Of a stretch of DNA of 64,000 nt, positions 38,251 to 53,994 are shown in pieces. The DNA comes from the human T2T-CHM13v2.0 reference genome, Homo sapiens: the NCBI RefSeq assembly GCF_009914755.1, contig NC_060934.1; one strand, given 5' to 3'. The position numbers were made by a program, and so were the translations under genes. Position 1 is the stretch's first letter. Each line of letters opens with the position of its first letter. Below the pieces are notes generated by a model that was not told the DNA's origin, searched no databases, and was given only the letters and a program-made list of their open reading frames with translations.

Positions 38251-40767
38251 GATTGATATATTTGCGAGATATCATAAAACCATTTGATATTTTCTAAATA
38301 TTTTTTCATATTCTACTTAATTTAGAGGCTGGCTACTAAAATTATTTGCTTTTACCATCATTGTATTTTGGCTTTAATATTTAAGTAGTGATTAGAATTT
38401 AAGTTGAACTGTAGGAATTTAAAATATTTGTAAATATCTCCTGCTATATTCAAGACAAATATGTGCAAAATTATCTTAATTTGTCAAAATTTTTATTTCA
38501 AATTACTTTGACTTAGAATCTACAAAATTTCCAATATATATTTTAAATACATTTTAAAATTTAAGGCATTTATTTTAGAATGATGAATTCAAAATCAACC
38601 TAGTTTAAATCTATAAACACATTTCATTTGAGAGAACTCAGTATGTGATCTTTAGGTGATGAAATTATAGATACCATTCTTACAATAGCTCTATGATTCT
38701 TTGTTTGCATAAAAGTAATTTCAAAAAGAAACTGACTCTAAGGGATATAAAGAAATACTAGTGAACTTTCCCCTAACAGTTCACAATCATTTTGAGGTAT
38801 TGTTCTTAAATATATTAACAATAATTATTAGTTTGATCAAAAAATATCTCATAGTGGATCCACTGAGGATTCCTTAATATTCTTTACTTTTATGTAAAGC
38901 ATTTGGCAAAATTTATTTGGATTATAATCAAGATTTAGAGTCTGAAGTTTTAAGCTGACAGAGACTCCAGAGTTCATTTAGTCTAGTCTCTTCATTTTAC
39001 AAATGATTATGGTAAAGGGGCTCAAAATCAAATGATTAATTGGTAGCAGTTTGTTTTCACACATGGCACATGGTGTTTGGCATTGAAAACTTGTGTTCTG
39101 ATCGCATATTCTCTTTGAACTCTGTTTTTCTCACATATAAAGTAGGTGATGGGGGGTATGTATGTTCATATCCCTTTTGGCTTTAAAATCTGTAAGACTC
39201 AAGAGAGTAAAGTACCTTATTATATTTTCTGGTCTTTGATGAATTTTCATATATGAGAATGATAATCCCTTTGTATAACTGTGAGATAACTTAATATTTT
39301 ATAAATCCACCAGATATTTAATAGGTAGTTAAAATATGAAAGGCATTATGTTAGATACTAAGAACCATTTCACAGCATTCTGAAATCATATTGAATCAAA
39401 TAACTTTTATAATATCATTAATATTATTTTTTTCAATTTAGCATCTGGACCTCTATCTGAATGAGCATTTACATAAAGCATGATATACAAACCTTAAAAA
39501 TGTGGGGCTGCCCTTCTGAATCAACTGTGATATTTGTTCTTTCAGTTTCCCTGTTGCTCCTGTGGCTTTCCTTGAGTCATCTGCAGAGAATCTTTCTCTG
39601 GAATACATTGGATGCAGTTGTATCTTATGCATTGGTTTTATGACAAGGGGATCTGTGGTCAAAAGATAAGAAATTTCACCATGGAAAAGGAGGTGGGACA
39701 AGAGCTCTGTTCTCTTCATTGATTTCAAATCCTGTAAATATTTTATTAAATTATACCACTCTCAGGACAATCTTCGTATCTCACAGCTTTTGACAATGAG
39801 ATAGATTTTTTAGCATGTATATTCTTTACATAATTCATTATATTTTGTAGGATTTTTAAGCCATGAAAGAAACTAAGTGAGTTAAAAATCTGTATGTAAA
39901 ATAATTTTGCATAATATTCATTGGTGTGCAGAATCTCTGCTTTGGTGTTAAACCTACAACACCATTATAAAATAATACATCTTTTGAAACAGTCTCATCT
40001 AGCCTACTGAAGATAACTTTGCCTATAGAGTTGAAAAATTAATACATAAATGACCTTTAACACAAATAATGTTCAACTGATTCCACTTTCATGAACAATT
40101 CAGCTATTTATTCCACGGGACTTGTTCATGATTAAAGAAATTCAATTCTAATATCGGAACAGAAATCTTGTCACACAACTTCTACCCATTCTTTTCATGG
40201 GTTACACATATTCTCCCAAGTGATATCCTAATGGCACATGTAAAATATAGAAAACAGAGACTCTATAATTGTTATTGAGAGATGATTATTTAAATTTATG
40301 CCAAACATTTTAAATCTGAGAGTTACCAAGCCATTTATATTTTCATATGTTTCATCTGTATCTGAGATAACTCAAAACCAGTTATGAAAATATATGTCCT
40401 AAGGAACAGCCTCCAATAAGCATTTCTCTTCCACTCTGAGGTGATACAGAATGGTCCGAGAGAATGGTATTTTCCTTAAGAAAGAAATAGAAAAATGTTC
40501 TAACCATTAAGTGGTTTTTCATATTCTTTAATAACAAACAAAACAAAACAAATGATGCTCATTTTCGAAACAGAGTATAATACACATACAATAAGTCGAA
40601 TAAAACTATAGCTACAGCTTAATGAATTATCCCAAAGTAGTCATTCATATAACCATCACCAAGATCAAGAAGAAAATACAGATTTTTGCCACCACTCCAA
40701 AGAATTCTTTCTATTGTCTCCTTCCCATCTCTATGCCCTGCTGTGAATAAAAGTAATCACTACCCTG

Positions 40768-41070
40768 GGTTAGCGCAGTGACACGGCTCATGCCTGTAAT
40801 CCCAGCACTTTGGGAAGCTGAAGCAGGTGGATCACTTGAGGTCAGGAGTTTGAGACCACCCTGGGCAACATAGTGAAACCCCATCTCTACTAAAAATACA
40901 AAAATTTGCCGGGCATGGTGGCGGGCACCAGTAATCCTAGCTACTCAGGAGGCTGAGACAGGAGAATTACTTGAACCCAGGAGGCAGAGGTTACAGTGAG
41001 CCAAGATTGTGCAACTGCCCTCCAACCTAGGTGATGGAGCAAGACCCTGTCTCAAAAAAAATAAAGAAAA
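40768..41070 (+). mobile_element. AluS/J with 19 bp TSD
   Basis: TSD aaaagtaa(t/c)cacta(c/a)cctg at 40749-40767 and 41071-41089. Confidence 0.95.
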
Positions 41071-42457
41071 AAAAGTAACCACTAACCTGACTTTTATGGT
41101 AGCTACCTCATTGCTTTCTCTCTTCTCAAGGTTTTTAGTTTTACTATATACACATGTGTCTCTTCACACTACAATTTAATAATGTCTGTTTTATCTTTGT
41201 ATAAATGGGACCATTCTGTGTATTATATTCTCTATTACTTCTTCCACTCAACATTATGTTTGTGGAACCAACCACATTTTTGGATGTAGCATATTTCATT
41301 CAGTCTTCAAATCTGTATATTATTATACTGCTGAATCAAGCATGATATATTTGACAGGGTACTAGGTTTGTTTCTCATTGTTAGCTGTTATGAGAGATGC
41401 ATCATAAACATTCTTGTGTGTGTGCCCTTGGGGCACATGCCCATGTATTTCTTTTAGATATGACCCAGGAATAGAATTGATGATTATAAGCTAATGCAGA
41501 TTTCATCATAGGTAGACAATGCCTAATCATTTTCCCAAGTTGATGCACATTAAGTATGCATGTTCTCATTTATGCACATTCTGGCTAAACACAACGCTTG
41601 TTTGTCTTATACTTAGACATCCTGTTGTGTATATAGTCATATATCATTCTGGAGTAAATTTGCAATTACATAATGCCTAATGAACATAAGCACCATTTTG
41701 TCTTTATTGGCCATTTTATTAGCCTCTTTTGCAAGGTATCCATTCTAATTTCAGTAAACTTCCTACGAGATTATTTTTCTGCATGTTATTGACTGGAAGC
41801 ATCTCTTCATATTATGGACATGAGTATTTGTCAAGTATTTATAAGGCATATAAATAATTCCAGCAAAACTGTAACATGTTCTTAACATGTTCTTTTATTC
41901 CTTTAATAGTGTCTTACTAATTTTTAATTTCTCCAGATTTTCAATCTTTTCTTCTATGGTCAGTTCTTCTTGCATTCTATTTAATGTACCTTTCTACATC
42001 TCCTATGTTCTCTTCTAAAGTTCTGTTTTTATGCTTGCATGTCTAGATTTTTAACTCTAGAGTGAAAGTTCCTGTATGATGTGATACAGGAAATAATTTT
42101 GTTAATTTCTATTTGGGTGTCAATTTTCTATAGAATCATTGATTGAAAATACCACCCATTTTTGACTACTCTGCTTGGTGAATTTTGATTGTTTGTGAGT
42201 ATGAGTTTTGGTGTCTTTATTCTTTCATTTTCAAATTTATATTTTATTCTTTATACCGTATCACAAACTCTCAATTAATATAGTATAGTTTTTTTAAAAT
42301 CCTCATATTTTTTGTCTTAAATTCAAAAGTGTCTTGACCATTTTTGGCATGTTCTTCTTCTATATAAAGTTTAGATTGATCATGTCACTTTCCACAAAAA
42401 CCTAATTGGAGTTTATTAAGATAACATTAAATAAATATGTAATTTGGAAATACTTAA

Positions 42458-42648
42458 CTTTTTTTGAGACAGAATCTTGCCCTGTCACCCATGCTGAAGT
42501 ATAGTGGAATGATCACCCAAGTACATTTTTTATAGAGACAGGGTCTCACATGTTGCTCAGGCTGGTCTTGAACTCATGGCCTCAAGTGATCCTCCCACCT
42601 CAGCCTCCCAAAGTGCTAGGATTACAGATGTGCACCACTGTGTCCAGC
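42458..42648 (-). mobile_element. AluJ with internal deletion
   Basis: 'gagacagaatcttgccctgtcacc...tagagacagggtctcac...ggcctcaagtgatcctcccacctcagcctcccaaag'. Confidence 0.88.
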
Positions 42649-43603
42649 TAAATTGACATTTTATAATATTGAGTCTTCCAATCCACACACATGAAACATT
42701 CCTCTATTTTAATCTTTAATTTTTCTCAAAAAAGTTTTGTAATTATCTGCATAGATGTTTTGCCCATATTTGGTTACATTTATACATTGATATTTGACAT
42801 TTCTGACTTAATTTTTAAATTTATTTCATTTTATTTTTACTCTGTTTTAACTGCTAATCTAGTAAATATGTAAAAATAGTGACCTTATATTCAGCGTAAT
42901 TGCTACACTTATTAATTATAACTTATGTATTAATTTCTGAATTTTATGTTAATACAAAGATTTTTAATATTGCCTTCCTAATTCTTACAATTTGAATCAA
43001 TGTCTAATAGCAGCGACTGAGACCTCTGGTTCAGTCTTGAGTAGCTGTAGTGTTAACGTTCTTTTTTGTCTTATTTTTTTTCTCAAAATGAGTTTTCAAT
43101 ATGTCCATCTCAATTATGCTGCTCGCAGAAAGCTTTTTACATTTAACTTTTATTAAGATTTATTAATAAAGTCCCACAGTTATCCTGGTTTGCAAAGAGT
43201 TTCTATTTTGATTGGATCTTGAATTTATCTTGGCCTCTATTGACTGGATCATATATTTTTATCACTTTTTCTGATGATGTAGTGGTTACTTCACCTGATT
43301 TTTTTTAAAAAATACTAAATCAAACATCTAAGGATTCCTCTAATAAAGTCTCTTTTGCTTAAATACACTAATATTTTTATAAATAAATAATTTATTTATT
43401 TTTAAATATTTTGTATTGGAGCTTTGCTTTTATTTTCATGAGGAGATTAGCCTGGGATTTTCCAGTTCATATGTCCTTTTCAGGCTTTGGTATTCCTGTT
43501 GTGTTGAATTCATAAATGAGTTGTGTGTGTGTGTATATATATATCTACCTACCTATTTATTTATCCATCCATCCATCTATCTATTTATATTTGGAGAGAT
43601 GAG

Positions 43604-44101
43604 TGCAGTAGGCAGAATAATGGCTCCCTAATAGTGTCCATGCTCTAATCCTTGGAACCTCTGACTAATGTTACTTTGTAAGGAAAGGGTGACTTTGAAG
43701 ATGTGATCAAGGTTGAGGACCATGAAATGAGAGAAGTCAGCCAAGATTATTCAGGTGAATTTAATATGACTACATAAATCCTCAAAAGTAAAGAACCTAT
43801 ACTAACCGCAAAGAGTAAGAAAGATGGGAGCACAGGTGGAAGGAGACACGTCTTTGCTGGTTTTAAAGATGGAAGAAAGTGACATCAGCCAGGCAATATG
43901 GGCAGGCTCTTACAGCTGAGAAGGGCAAGGAAGTATGTTCCTACCTAGAGCCTCAGGGAAGAAACTTAGCCCTGCTTGATTTTTAACTCATGAGGCATGC
44001 ATCAGAATTCTGACCCACAGAACAGTAAGACAATACATTTATGCTGTTTAAAGACACTGAATTTGTGATAATTTTTATGGCAGCAATGGAAAACTAATAC
44101 A
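43604..44101 (+). mobile_element. MLT1 (MLT1D-like) LTR
   Basis: 'gtaggcagaataatggctccc...cagcaatggaaaactaataca'. Confidence 0.85.
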
Positions 44102-44559
44102 ATAGGCATTACTTTAAAAATATATATTAGCTAGGATTCACTAATGAGAATGGGTCTGAAATTTTCTTTGCAGAAAGTTCCATAATGATTTATTAAATTT
44201 ACGTTATAGACACAGAATTCTTTAGATTTTCTGCTTCAATGGATGTGAATCTTGGAAATTTATATTTTTGTGATTCTTAGTGTATTTCATCCACATTTAA
44301 AAATTGATTGATACAAAGCTAATCGTAATGTATTCTTATGGTCTTCTACATTTCTATGGCATCTATTTATATCTTTACTTCATTGTTAATATTAAAGTCA
44401 CTAAAGAAATTTCCAAAAATTTGTTTCACTTTTAATTTTTAAAATGATCCAAAACATATTTTAAAATTATTATTGTCAAGCTATAATTTATCTCAATGTT
44501 GGTAAGTATAACTTACCTACTTGCTATCTATCTGCTATAATACACATAATATGTTAATA

Positions 44560-46325
<1,766 letters not shown>

Positions 46326-46329
46326 GAAA

Positions 46330-48700
46330 GCAAAAGTGAGAGATGAAACATTATACTAGTATCAGACAAAGTAGACTTTAAGACAAAAAAGTGTCAATTC
46401 AGAAGTCATAAAATTATAAATATATATGCATGTAGCATTATATCCCCAAAATACATGAAGTAAAAACTGACAAATTTGATGGGAAAACTCATGCTGCTAA
46501 GGAAACATCTATAAAAACCCACATCTATCACTATACTTCAAGGTTAAAGACTAAAACATTTCCCCTAAGAAAGAACAAGATGAGAAAGAGGACAAGAGTG
46601 CCTGCTCTGACTACTTCTATTCAATATTGTACTGGAGGCTCTAGCAACTGGCAATTCAGCAAGAAAAAGAAATAAAGGGTACCCAGATTAGAAATGAAAA
46701 AGTTTACTTATCTCTATTTACAGATGACACAATTTTACATTCAGAAAGCCCTAAAGAATCCACATATAACAACTTAGAACTAAAAAACAAAGTTCAGCAA
46801 GGTTGCACAATACATGATTAAAAGGCAACTGTAAGCTATATTTCTCTATATTAGAATTCGCAATTATAAATTGAAGTTAATGAATTACTTTCATTTGCAA
46901 TAGCATCAAAAAGAACTAAATACTTATGAATAACCTAACAAAATAATGCAAGACTTGTACTCCAAACATCTAAATGTTATAAAAAAAAAAGATAACTGAA
47001 AGAAATTATAGGAGCCCATGATGGAATGGACTCCTATAATGGAGGGATGGATGGATGGAAAAAACATCCCATATTCATGAATTGAAAGATTTAATATTGT
47101 TAAGATGGTAATATTCCACAAATTGGTCTACAGATCATTTTCAATGTCACACTCACCAAAAATCTTAGCTACCCATTTTCTCACAAATTGACCAGCTGAT
47201 CTAAAAACTTATATGAAGATTCAAGGAATCTAGAATAATCAAAAGAAACTCGATGTATAAGAATAGTCAGAAATTTCACACTTTATGATTTCAAAAGTTA
47301 TAACAAAGAAGCAGTAATCAAGACAGTGTGGTACTGGCATAAGAATCAATATAAGAATCAATAAAATAGAATTGAGATTCCAGAAATAAACTCTTATATT
47401 TATTGCTAATTAATTTTTGACAAGTGTGCCAAAATAATCCAATAGGAAAATAAAAACCTTCTCAATAAATGATTATTAGACAATTGAATATTTATATGCA
47501 AAAGAATAAAGTTGGGCCCTTACCCACACCATATAGAACAATTAATTCAAAATGGATTAAAGACAATGTGAGAGCTAAAAATATAAAGTTTATAGAAGGA
47601 AATATAGGTCTAAGTCTTCATGACCTTGAATTAGGCAATTGTTTCTTTGACATGCAACAAAATAAAAAATAAATAAATTGTACTTCACAGATATTAAAAA
47701 CTTCCATGTTTCAAAGACCACCATCAAGAAAAAGAAAAGAAAACCTACAGAAGAAAATATTTGTAAGTTACATATCTGAAAAAGTTTATATCCATAATAT
47801 ATAAAGAACTCTTATAGCTCAACAATAAAAGACAACCCAATAAAAATTGGCAAAGGATTTCAATTGATATTTCTCTATAGAAGATATGAAAATGGCAAAT
47901 AAATACAAAAACAAATGTTACACATGATTAACACTAGGAACATGTAAATCCAAATCACAATGAGATACCACTTCACACCCATTAGAATGGCTCTAGTGAA
48001 AAATACAGACAACAACAAGTGTTGACAGATATATGGAGAAAATGGAACTCATATGTTACTATGGGAATGAAAAATTGTGTGGCCCCTTGGGTAAATGGTT
48101 TTGCGGTTTCTCAAAAAGTTAAAACATAGCAGTACCACACGACACAGTATTTCACCTTCTACATATATCCCTGAGAGAAGTGATAATATTGGCCACACAA
48201 ATGTTCTTAGCAGCATCATTCATAAATCCAAAGGTGAAAACAATCCAGATGCTCATCAATGGATAAATGGATAAATTAATAAACACAATTTGGCATATCC
48301 ATAAAACTGAATATAATTCAACCACCAACAGAAATGAAGTAGTGATACATACTACAACATGGATGAAACTTGGAAACATTATGCTAAATGAAAGAATCAA
48401 AGCACAGAAATCCACATCTTGAATCCTTCCATTAATATTAGTTTCCCAGAATAGGCAAATCTATAGAGACAGAAAGTAGATAAGTGGTTTCCAGGGGTTG
48501 GGGTGGGGGGTGGGAAGGAGGAAAGAAAGGAGAGTAACTGCTAATATGTATGAAATTTCTTTCTGAGGTGATGAAACATTCTAAAATAAGATAGTGGTAA
48601 TGTTTTTAAAATCTTGTAAATATACTAAAACCAACTAAGTTTTACACTTTAAAAAATAAATTTTATGCTAAGTTAATTATATTTCAATTTTAAAATAAAA
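46330..48700 (+). mobile_element. L1MB ORF2 and 3'UTR
   Basis: ORF 47469-47672 'PYRTINSKWIKDNVRAKNIKFIEGNIG' matches the L1 ORF2 C-terminus; L1MB 3'UTR 'ataggcaaatctatagagacagaaagtaga'. Confidence 0.88.
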
Positions 48701-49679
48701 GTCTTTGGGATTTCACAGAGGGAAAGTTTTTGTTTGTTTATTAATAATGCATACAAAGCACTATTCAGACAGGTAAAGAACAGTGAAATGGACTAAATAA
48801 AGGTAAGAACGCCTGTTCATCAAACACTAAGTACACTTTCAGTGTGGTTAGCCTATTTATTTGAATTACAAATTAACTTAATATGTTCCAATTTTCTTTT
48901 ATTTTAATATTCGGTTAAGCTATAAACTCATTGAGGTTGTTTATTTAATTTTGCTTTAGTTTTGCTTCCTCAAGTCTCTGTAAGAAATAATAATTGAAAG
49001 CTAAAATTTGTGAAATAATAATCATTTCATTAACAGTAGCTTATGTTTTTGAGCAATTCTTCTTTCCAAAGCTTTCTGAGCCTCTATGTCCATTTTAGAC
49101 ATGAGAGAAATGAAATCTAAAACTTAAAGTAGCTTTCCACATTCACAGAGTCTTTTAAGTGGCAGTCAAGATTTAAATCTCAGTTGTCTCATACTTCAGT
49201 CTGTTCTTTTAACTACTCTGCTAAAATTTGATGAGTTAGAATTGATTAGGATTCTGTACTCCTTATGGTAGAAAAATAAAATGAAAAAAGCTAAAATAGG
49301 AAAATTGATTTGTACCCTGATGGGATTTAATTTGACATGCTCTAAGCATTTGCATGATGGTAGACTTGACTGTTTATGTATATACATGTGTGAATGTGAA
49401 TGGCTATAAATATAGAAGTAGAAGGCCTCTTTCTCCCTTTTGGTTTTGGTCATGTGGCTTTGCTCTAAAACCAGGTAAAACATTGGCAATATGCAGTATA
49501 GCTTAGTATTAGCAACTAGAAATCACTTGGTAAAAATGAGTGGATCAATGACAATATTCACACACTAAATATCTGTTTACAATTCACATGCAGTGTGTAC
49601 TGACCACACATTGATTTTTCCTAATACATTTTGAACAAATATAAGTGAATTCCTATTTGAATATATACATATAAAATAA

Positions 49680-50045
<366 letters not shown>

Positions 50046-51219
50046 TGCAAATTTTTTTAAGTGGAGTATTTTATGTTTGAATATAGAACTAAAGTAGAAG
50101 TTTCAGGGTTAGTTTTTTAAAAAAGTAAAATTTTAACTGAAAGTCAGCCATTTTCTTTAAAAACATTTCAGTTTTTAAGAGATTCAATTGTTTTTGAATT
50201 AGCTGATGAAAAATGCCATGCAAATCGAAGTATCATTAGCACTGCAATTTTTGTTTACTCTCATTATTCTGCTTTAACTCTCATATTATATAATCCTGAA
50301 TATGTTACTTAAATATAGGTGACCTTGTGGAAAATTCAGTATCAGGTTTTATATCAAGGGTTCAATGTTGTGGGTATTGCTTTTAGTAGAGAAATCAACT
50401 CCTGTGGAAAAATTAAAAAAAAAAAAAAAAAGGATGAGTATTCTCAGTCATTCTTTGCCTTTCTCAAACTTCTTTCCCTAAGGCAAAGTGTGAACCACAC
50501 TTTCAGCTCTAAGAGCTATTACTAATTCATAGTACTTCCATTTACTCTTTTAACCAAGGATTGATAGTAATGTTGCTAATGAAATGTCCTGACCAGCTGT
50601 GGCTCAATTACTTGACATCGCTTCTATTTACCTAGCCAGCTTCCGAAAGAACACCAAGAAATAGTCATCATTCCAGCAGTTACCCTTAGGACTCTATACT
50701 ATATTTCTAAGTTAGGATGGCCAATGTGTCAGCATAGAGACCTGGTGATTTCATTTAATAAAGGAAATCAGCTTTAAATATGGGTGGACATTTTTTTCTG
50801 TTTGCACCAAGCTCTTAATGTTTCACAAGTGCTGTAGTGTGCTAGATACTTAATTATTCCAAATTTCAAGTTATTATCTATGAAGTATATAAGTCTGATT
50901 TATTATCTGCTTCCTACATTTTTATGAGGCTTGTTAGCAGAACTCCATTATATCTGACTGACTCCCTGATGTCAAGAAGCCATTCTTGTGAAAATATTTA
51001 ACATAAAAATGAGCCAACAAATCATGGAAATGGCTCTGCTAAACAGGAAAAACAGGGTGAGATGTAAAATATTGTTTAGGACATAATTGCAAATATTATG
51101 TCAATTTTAAAGCAACTATGTAAACACCCTATAAAGGAGCTACTTATGATGAAAGCAATATTCTCCAGCTCCTTGGTATCTCATTTCCAGCTAATTTTTC
51201 CTTTCTTGGCTCCCACCAG

Positions 51220-51278
51220 CGTTTCGATGATGAGTTCATTGGATTAAGGACGTTACATGGCCAGTTTAAGACCATGTG
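51220..51278 (+). other. Candidate 59 nt exon (unassigned)
   Basis: ctaat branch + tttttcctttcttggctcccaccag|CGTTTC...CCATGTG|gtaatt. Confidence 0.25.
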
Positions 51279-53035
51279 GTAATTCCAAAGAAAGATATGA
51301 TATGACTCTGCCTAAAGTCCCCTTAAGCAAAAGAATTAAAGTCATGAAGAACGTCCCATCAACCACTTTTGATATAAGTTTCAACCATGGCTAGGTAAAT
51401 GAGCATTCCTAGGATAAAAAGCCTTCAGAGTAGACTTCTTTATCATTTTTATTTTTCCTTTCATATTTCCTGAGATAATCCACCATTGTACTGCATAAGG
51501 TAGTGATAATAGTAATAATGGTAGTACAATAAGAATAAGAGTAATGCTGACGTATTTTTTAAGATTCCAAAAGAATGGAGGAAATACATTCTGAATTAGC
51601 ATAATATTCTTGCAGTTTTCTGAAAATGTATACATTAGAAAAGCAGTTTGGTGTCTCCTATGACTGTTTAACACAAACTTATCTATCCCTTTGTTTTTAA
51701 TTAGCACGACTCATATTAGAGTCTTGGATAAGGGCCTAGATAATTTGTTCATAGTAGCTTTTAGGTTGCCATATGGGTAAAACTGAATAAGGGTGAAAAT
51801 TCACAAGTGGATAATACAGGCAAACAGCTGCTCTCTTTCTCCACAACAGAATGGGGGCTATTTAAGGAGGGAATATTTTATGGTTAAAAAAAAAATCCTA
51901 GGGAAGGAAAAAAAATAAATTTTCTTGGACATTTAAATTTTAAATCTTCTTCAAAAAATATTTCTAGCTTAGTTTCAATGCACAAGTACTGCAAAATTCC
52001 CTTATTGAGAAAACCAAGTATGACCTTTTCAGAGCATCTACCTCTTTTTGTCTTCTCATAACACAATGCAAGAGCTTTAACTTTAATCCAATATTTGAGA
52101 TACAATGAATGAGGGAACTAAAAGAGAAAACAGGGCACTGTATTTTAGGGTATGAGTCACTTCTCAAATTTTCAAATATAGGTGTGAGTGTTTTTAAAAA
52201 AATTACCTCCTGGTTGAATGCAAATCTCAGAGAATGTACTATCACTCACCAACCACTGAGCTACAGATAGCAGGGCCACATGCAATCTCTTTTGAACTAT
52301 TTTAAACTTAAAAGAAAGAATAAACCCTGTAGAATTATACCAGTGTTGACCTAGTTTTACATGCAGGCTATTCTATTTTGAAAATAGAAACTTTGATGTA
52401 AGAATGATAGTGTCATTCATACTATATACCTTCTGTGAGAGACCTTGGAGCAGAGGTTATGTGAAAGTTATGACCCAGTCATGGGCAAAACTAAAATGAA
52501 ATGCATGTTAACTGTTAAAGCTAGGATTTAGCTGAACTTTCACTTGTGGGAAAAGCTTTTCAAATTGTCTGATGACAGGAATAGGGAACACAACCCCCTC
52601 TTCTTTTAATAGATACAGCATGGATGAAGCTAGGTTGCGTGTTCTCGAAGTGTTAGTAGATTCGTCAAGGGATGAACTTCTGACTTTGTGTCATTTAAGA
52701 CAAAAAAATTATTTAAATAGATTTCTGTTCAATAAATATATTACTTTGTTCATAAAATGTACATCATACATATTTTACTCACATTTAATTTTATCTTAGG
52801 GAAATATATATGTACCAATAATTTCCCCCAGATTACCAAACATTTTAATGCATGTAATAATGAACAACTAATAAAAAAAAGTCAATAGAAAGTCAATGGT
52901 TAGTTATAAGGGATATAGTTTTAGACTGTAAAACATCAGATTGTTTTCAATGTGTAAAGCCAAGAGCTTAAATCTAGAATACATGTAGATAGATCACGTC
53001 CCAATTATCTGGGAGGGAGAAGGGTGGTGTGCTGA

Positions 53036-53263
53036 GAAATGCAAAGATAGACTGGATCTGTTAGTCTACGTTCCTTTAAGACACATTTTAACTTCACGAA
53101 ATTAAAATATGGAAATGCAAGGATAGACTGGATCTGTTAGTCTACGTTCCTTTAAGACACACTTTAACTTCACGAAATTAAAATATGGAAATGCAAGGAT
53201 AGACTGGATCTGTTAGTCTACGTTCTTTTAAGACACATTTTAACTTCACGAAATTAAAATATG
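53036..53263. repeat. Minisatellite, 3 x 76 bp
   Basis: Units start at 53036, 53112 and 53188; one private substitution per unit. Confidence 0.97.
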
Positions 53264-53429
53264 TGGTTATCTCTACATAAATTTCTCATCTTAGTGAGTT
53301 ATGTTAATCAATGTTTTGAGAAAGCACTAATTACATAAAATAAACAACTATACTTTTTGTATCATTTGAAATTTAGTTACTACCCTGTTCACTGGGTACT
53401 TATTTTACATGACATTGTAGAATAGCATT

Positions 53430-53955
53430 GTGTACCCTACGGTTTTTCCTTCTAACATTTCTTTCCATCTCTTTCTTCCTTTGCAATAGGTTTCCAGATG
53501 CCATATGCTTAACTGATTGATCTTAATGTAGCCTGGTGATCACATTCTCTCTGGAGGTGATTGATTTACCATGGAATGTGGCCCTATCTGGCAATAAGTC
53601 ATGAATGTTAAGAATGTGGCTGGTGCTGGAAAAGGTATCCTCACCAATTAAAAGAAAGAAGATAAGGCCTGTCTTTTTTTCTGCTCAGTATTAATATATC
53701 TGCATTTCCACCTAGAATTTTGGCAGCTATCTTTCAAACAGGAGGAAGTTAGCAAAAGGCAGTCAACAACACCGATCATGGACAATGTAAAATGAAAGAG
53801 ATGTGGCTTCCTGTGATGGCACTGAACAATTGAATTAACCAGCCCTGTAGGCACTCTGCCTCAGCTCCTTTTAAGTATGAAAATAAGTCCTTCCACTATT
53901 GAAACAGTTTACATCTAGAATTTCTATTATTTCAAATTAAGGCATCATAACTTAT
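53430..53955 (+). mobile_element. Old MLT1 (J/K-like) LTR
   Basis: 'ggcagctatctt...tgaattaaccagccctg...tttctattatttcaaattaaggcatcataact'. Confidence 0.5.
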
Positions 53956-53994
53956 TAACAGTGATTTTAGCAGCCTAGCCATAAACACATTACA

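Larger units (their letters stand above)
40570..44400 (-). mobile_element. Old L1ME (antisense), interrupted by Alus and MLT1
   Basis: Antisense L1 3'UTR/ORF2 motifs throughout, e.g. 'ttccactcaacattatgtttgtg' and 'atattgagtcttccaatcc'. Confidence 0.7.

Noticed and set aside
47469-47672. ORF with real protein homology
   Set aside because: Fragment of decayed L1 ORF2, not a host gene
53036-53263. CRISPR-like repeat array
   Set aside because: Contiguous tandem units without unique spacers, no cas genes, primate DNA
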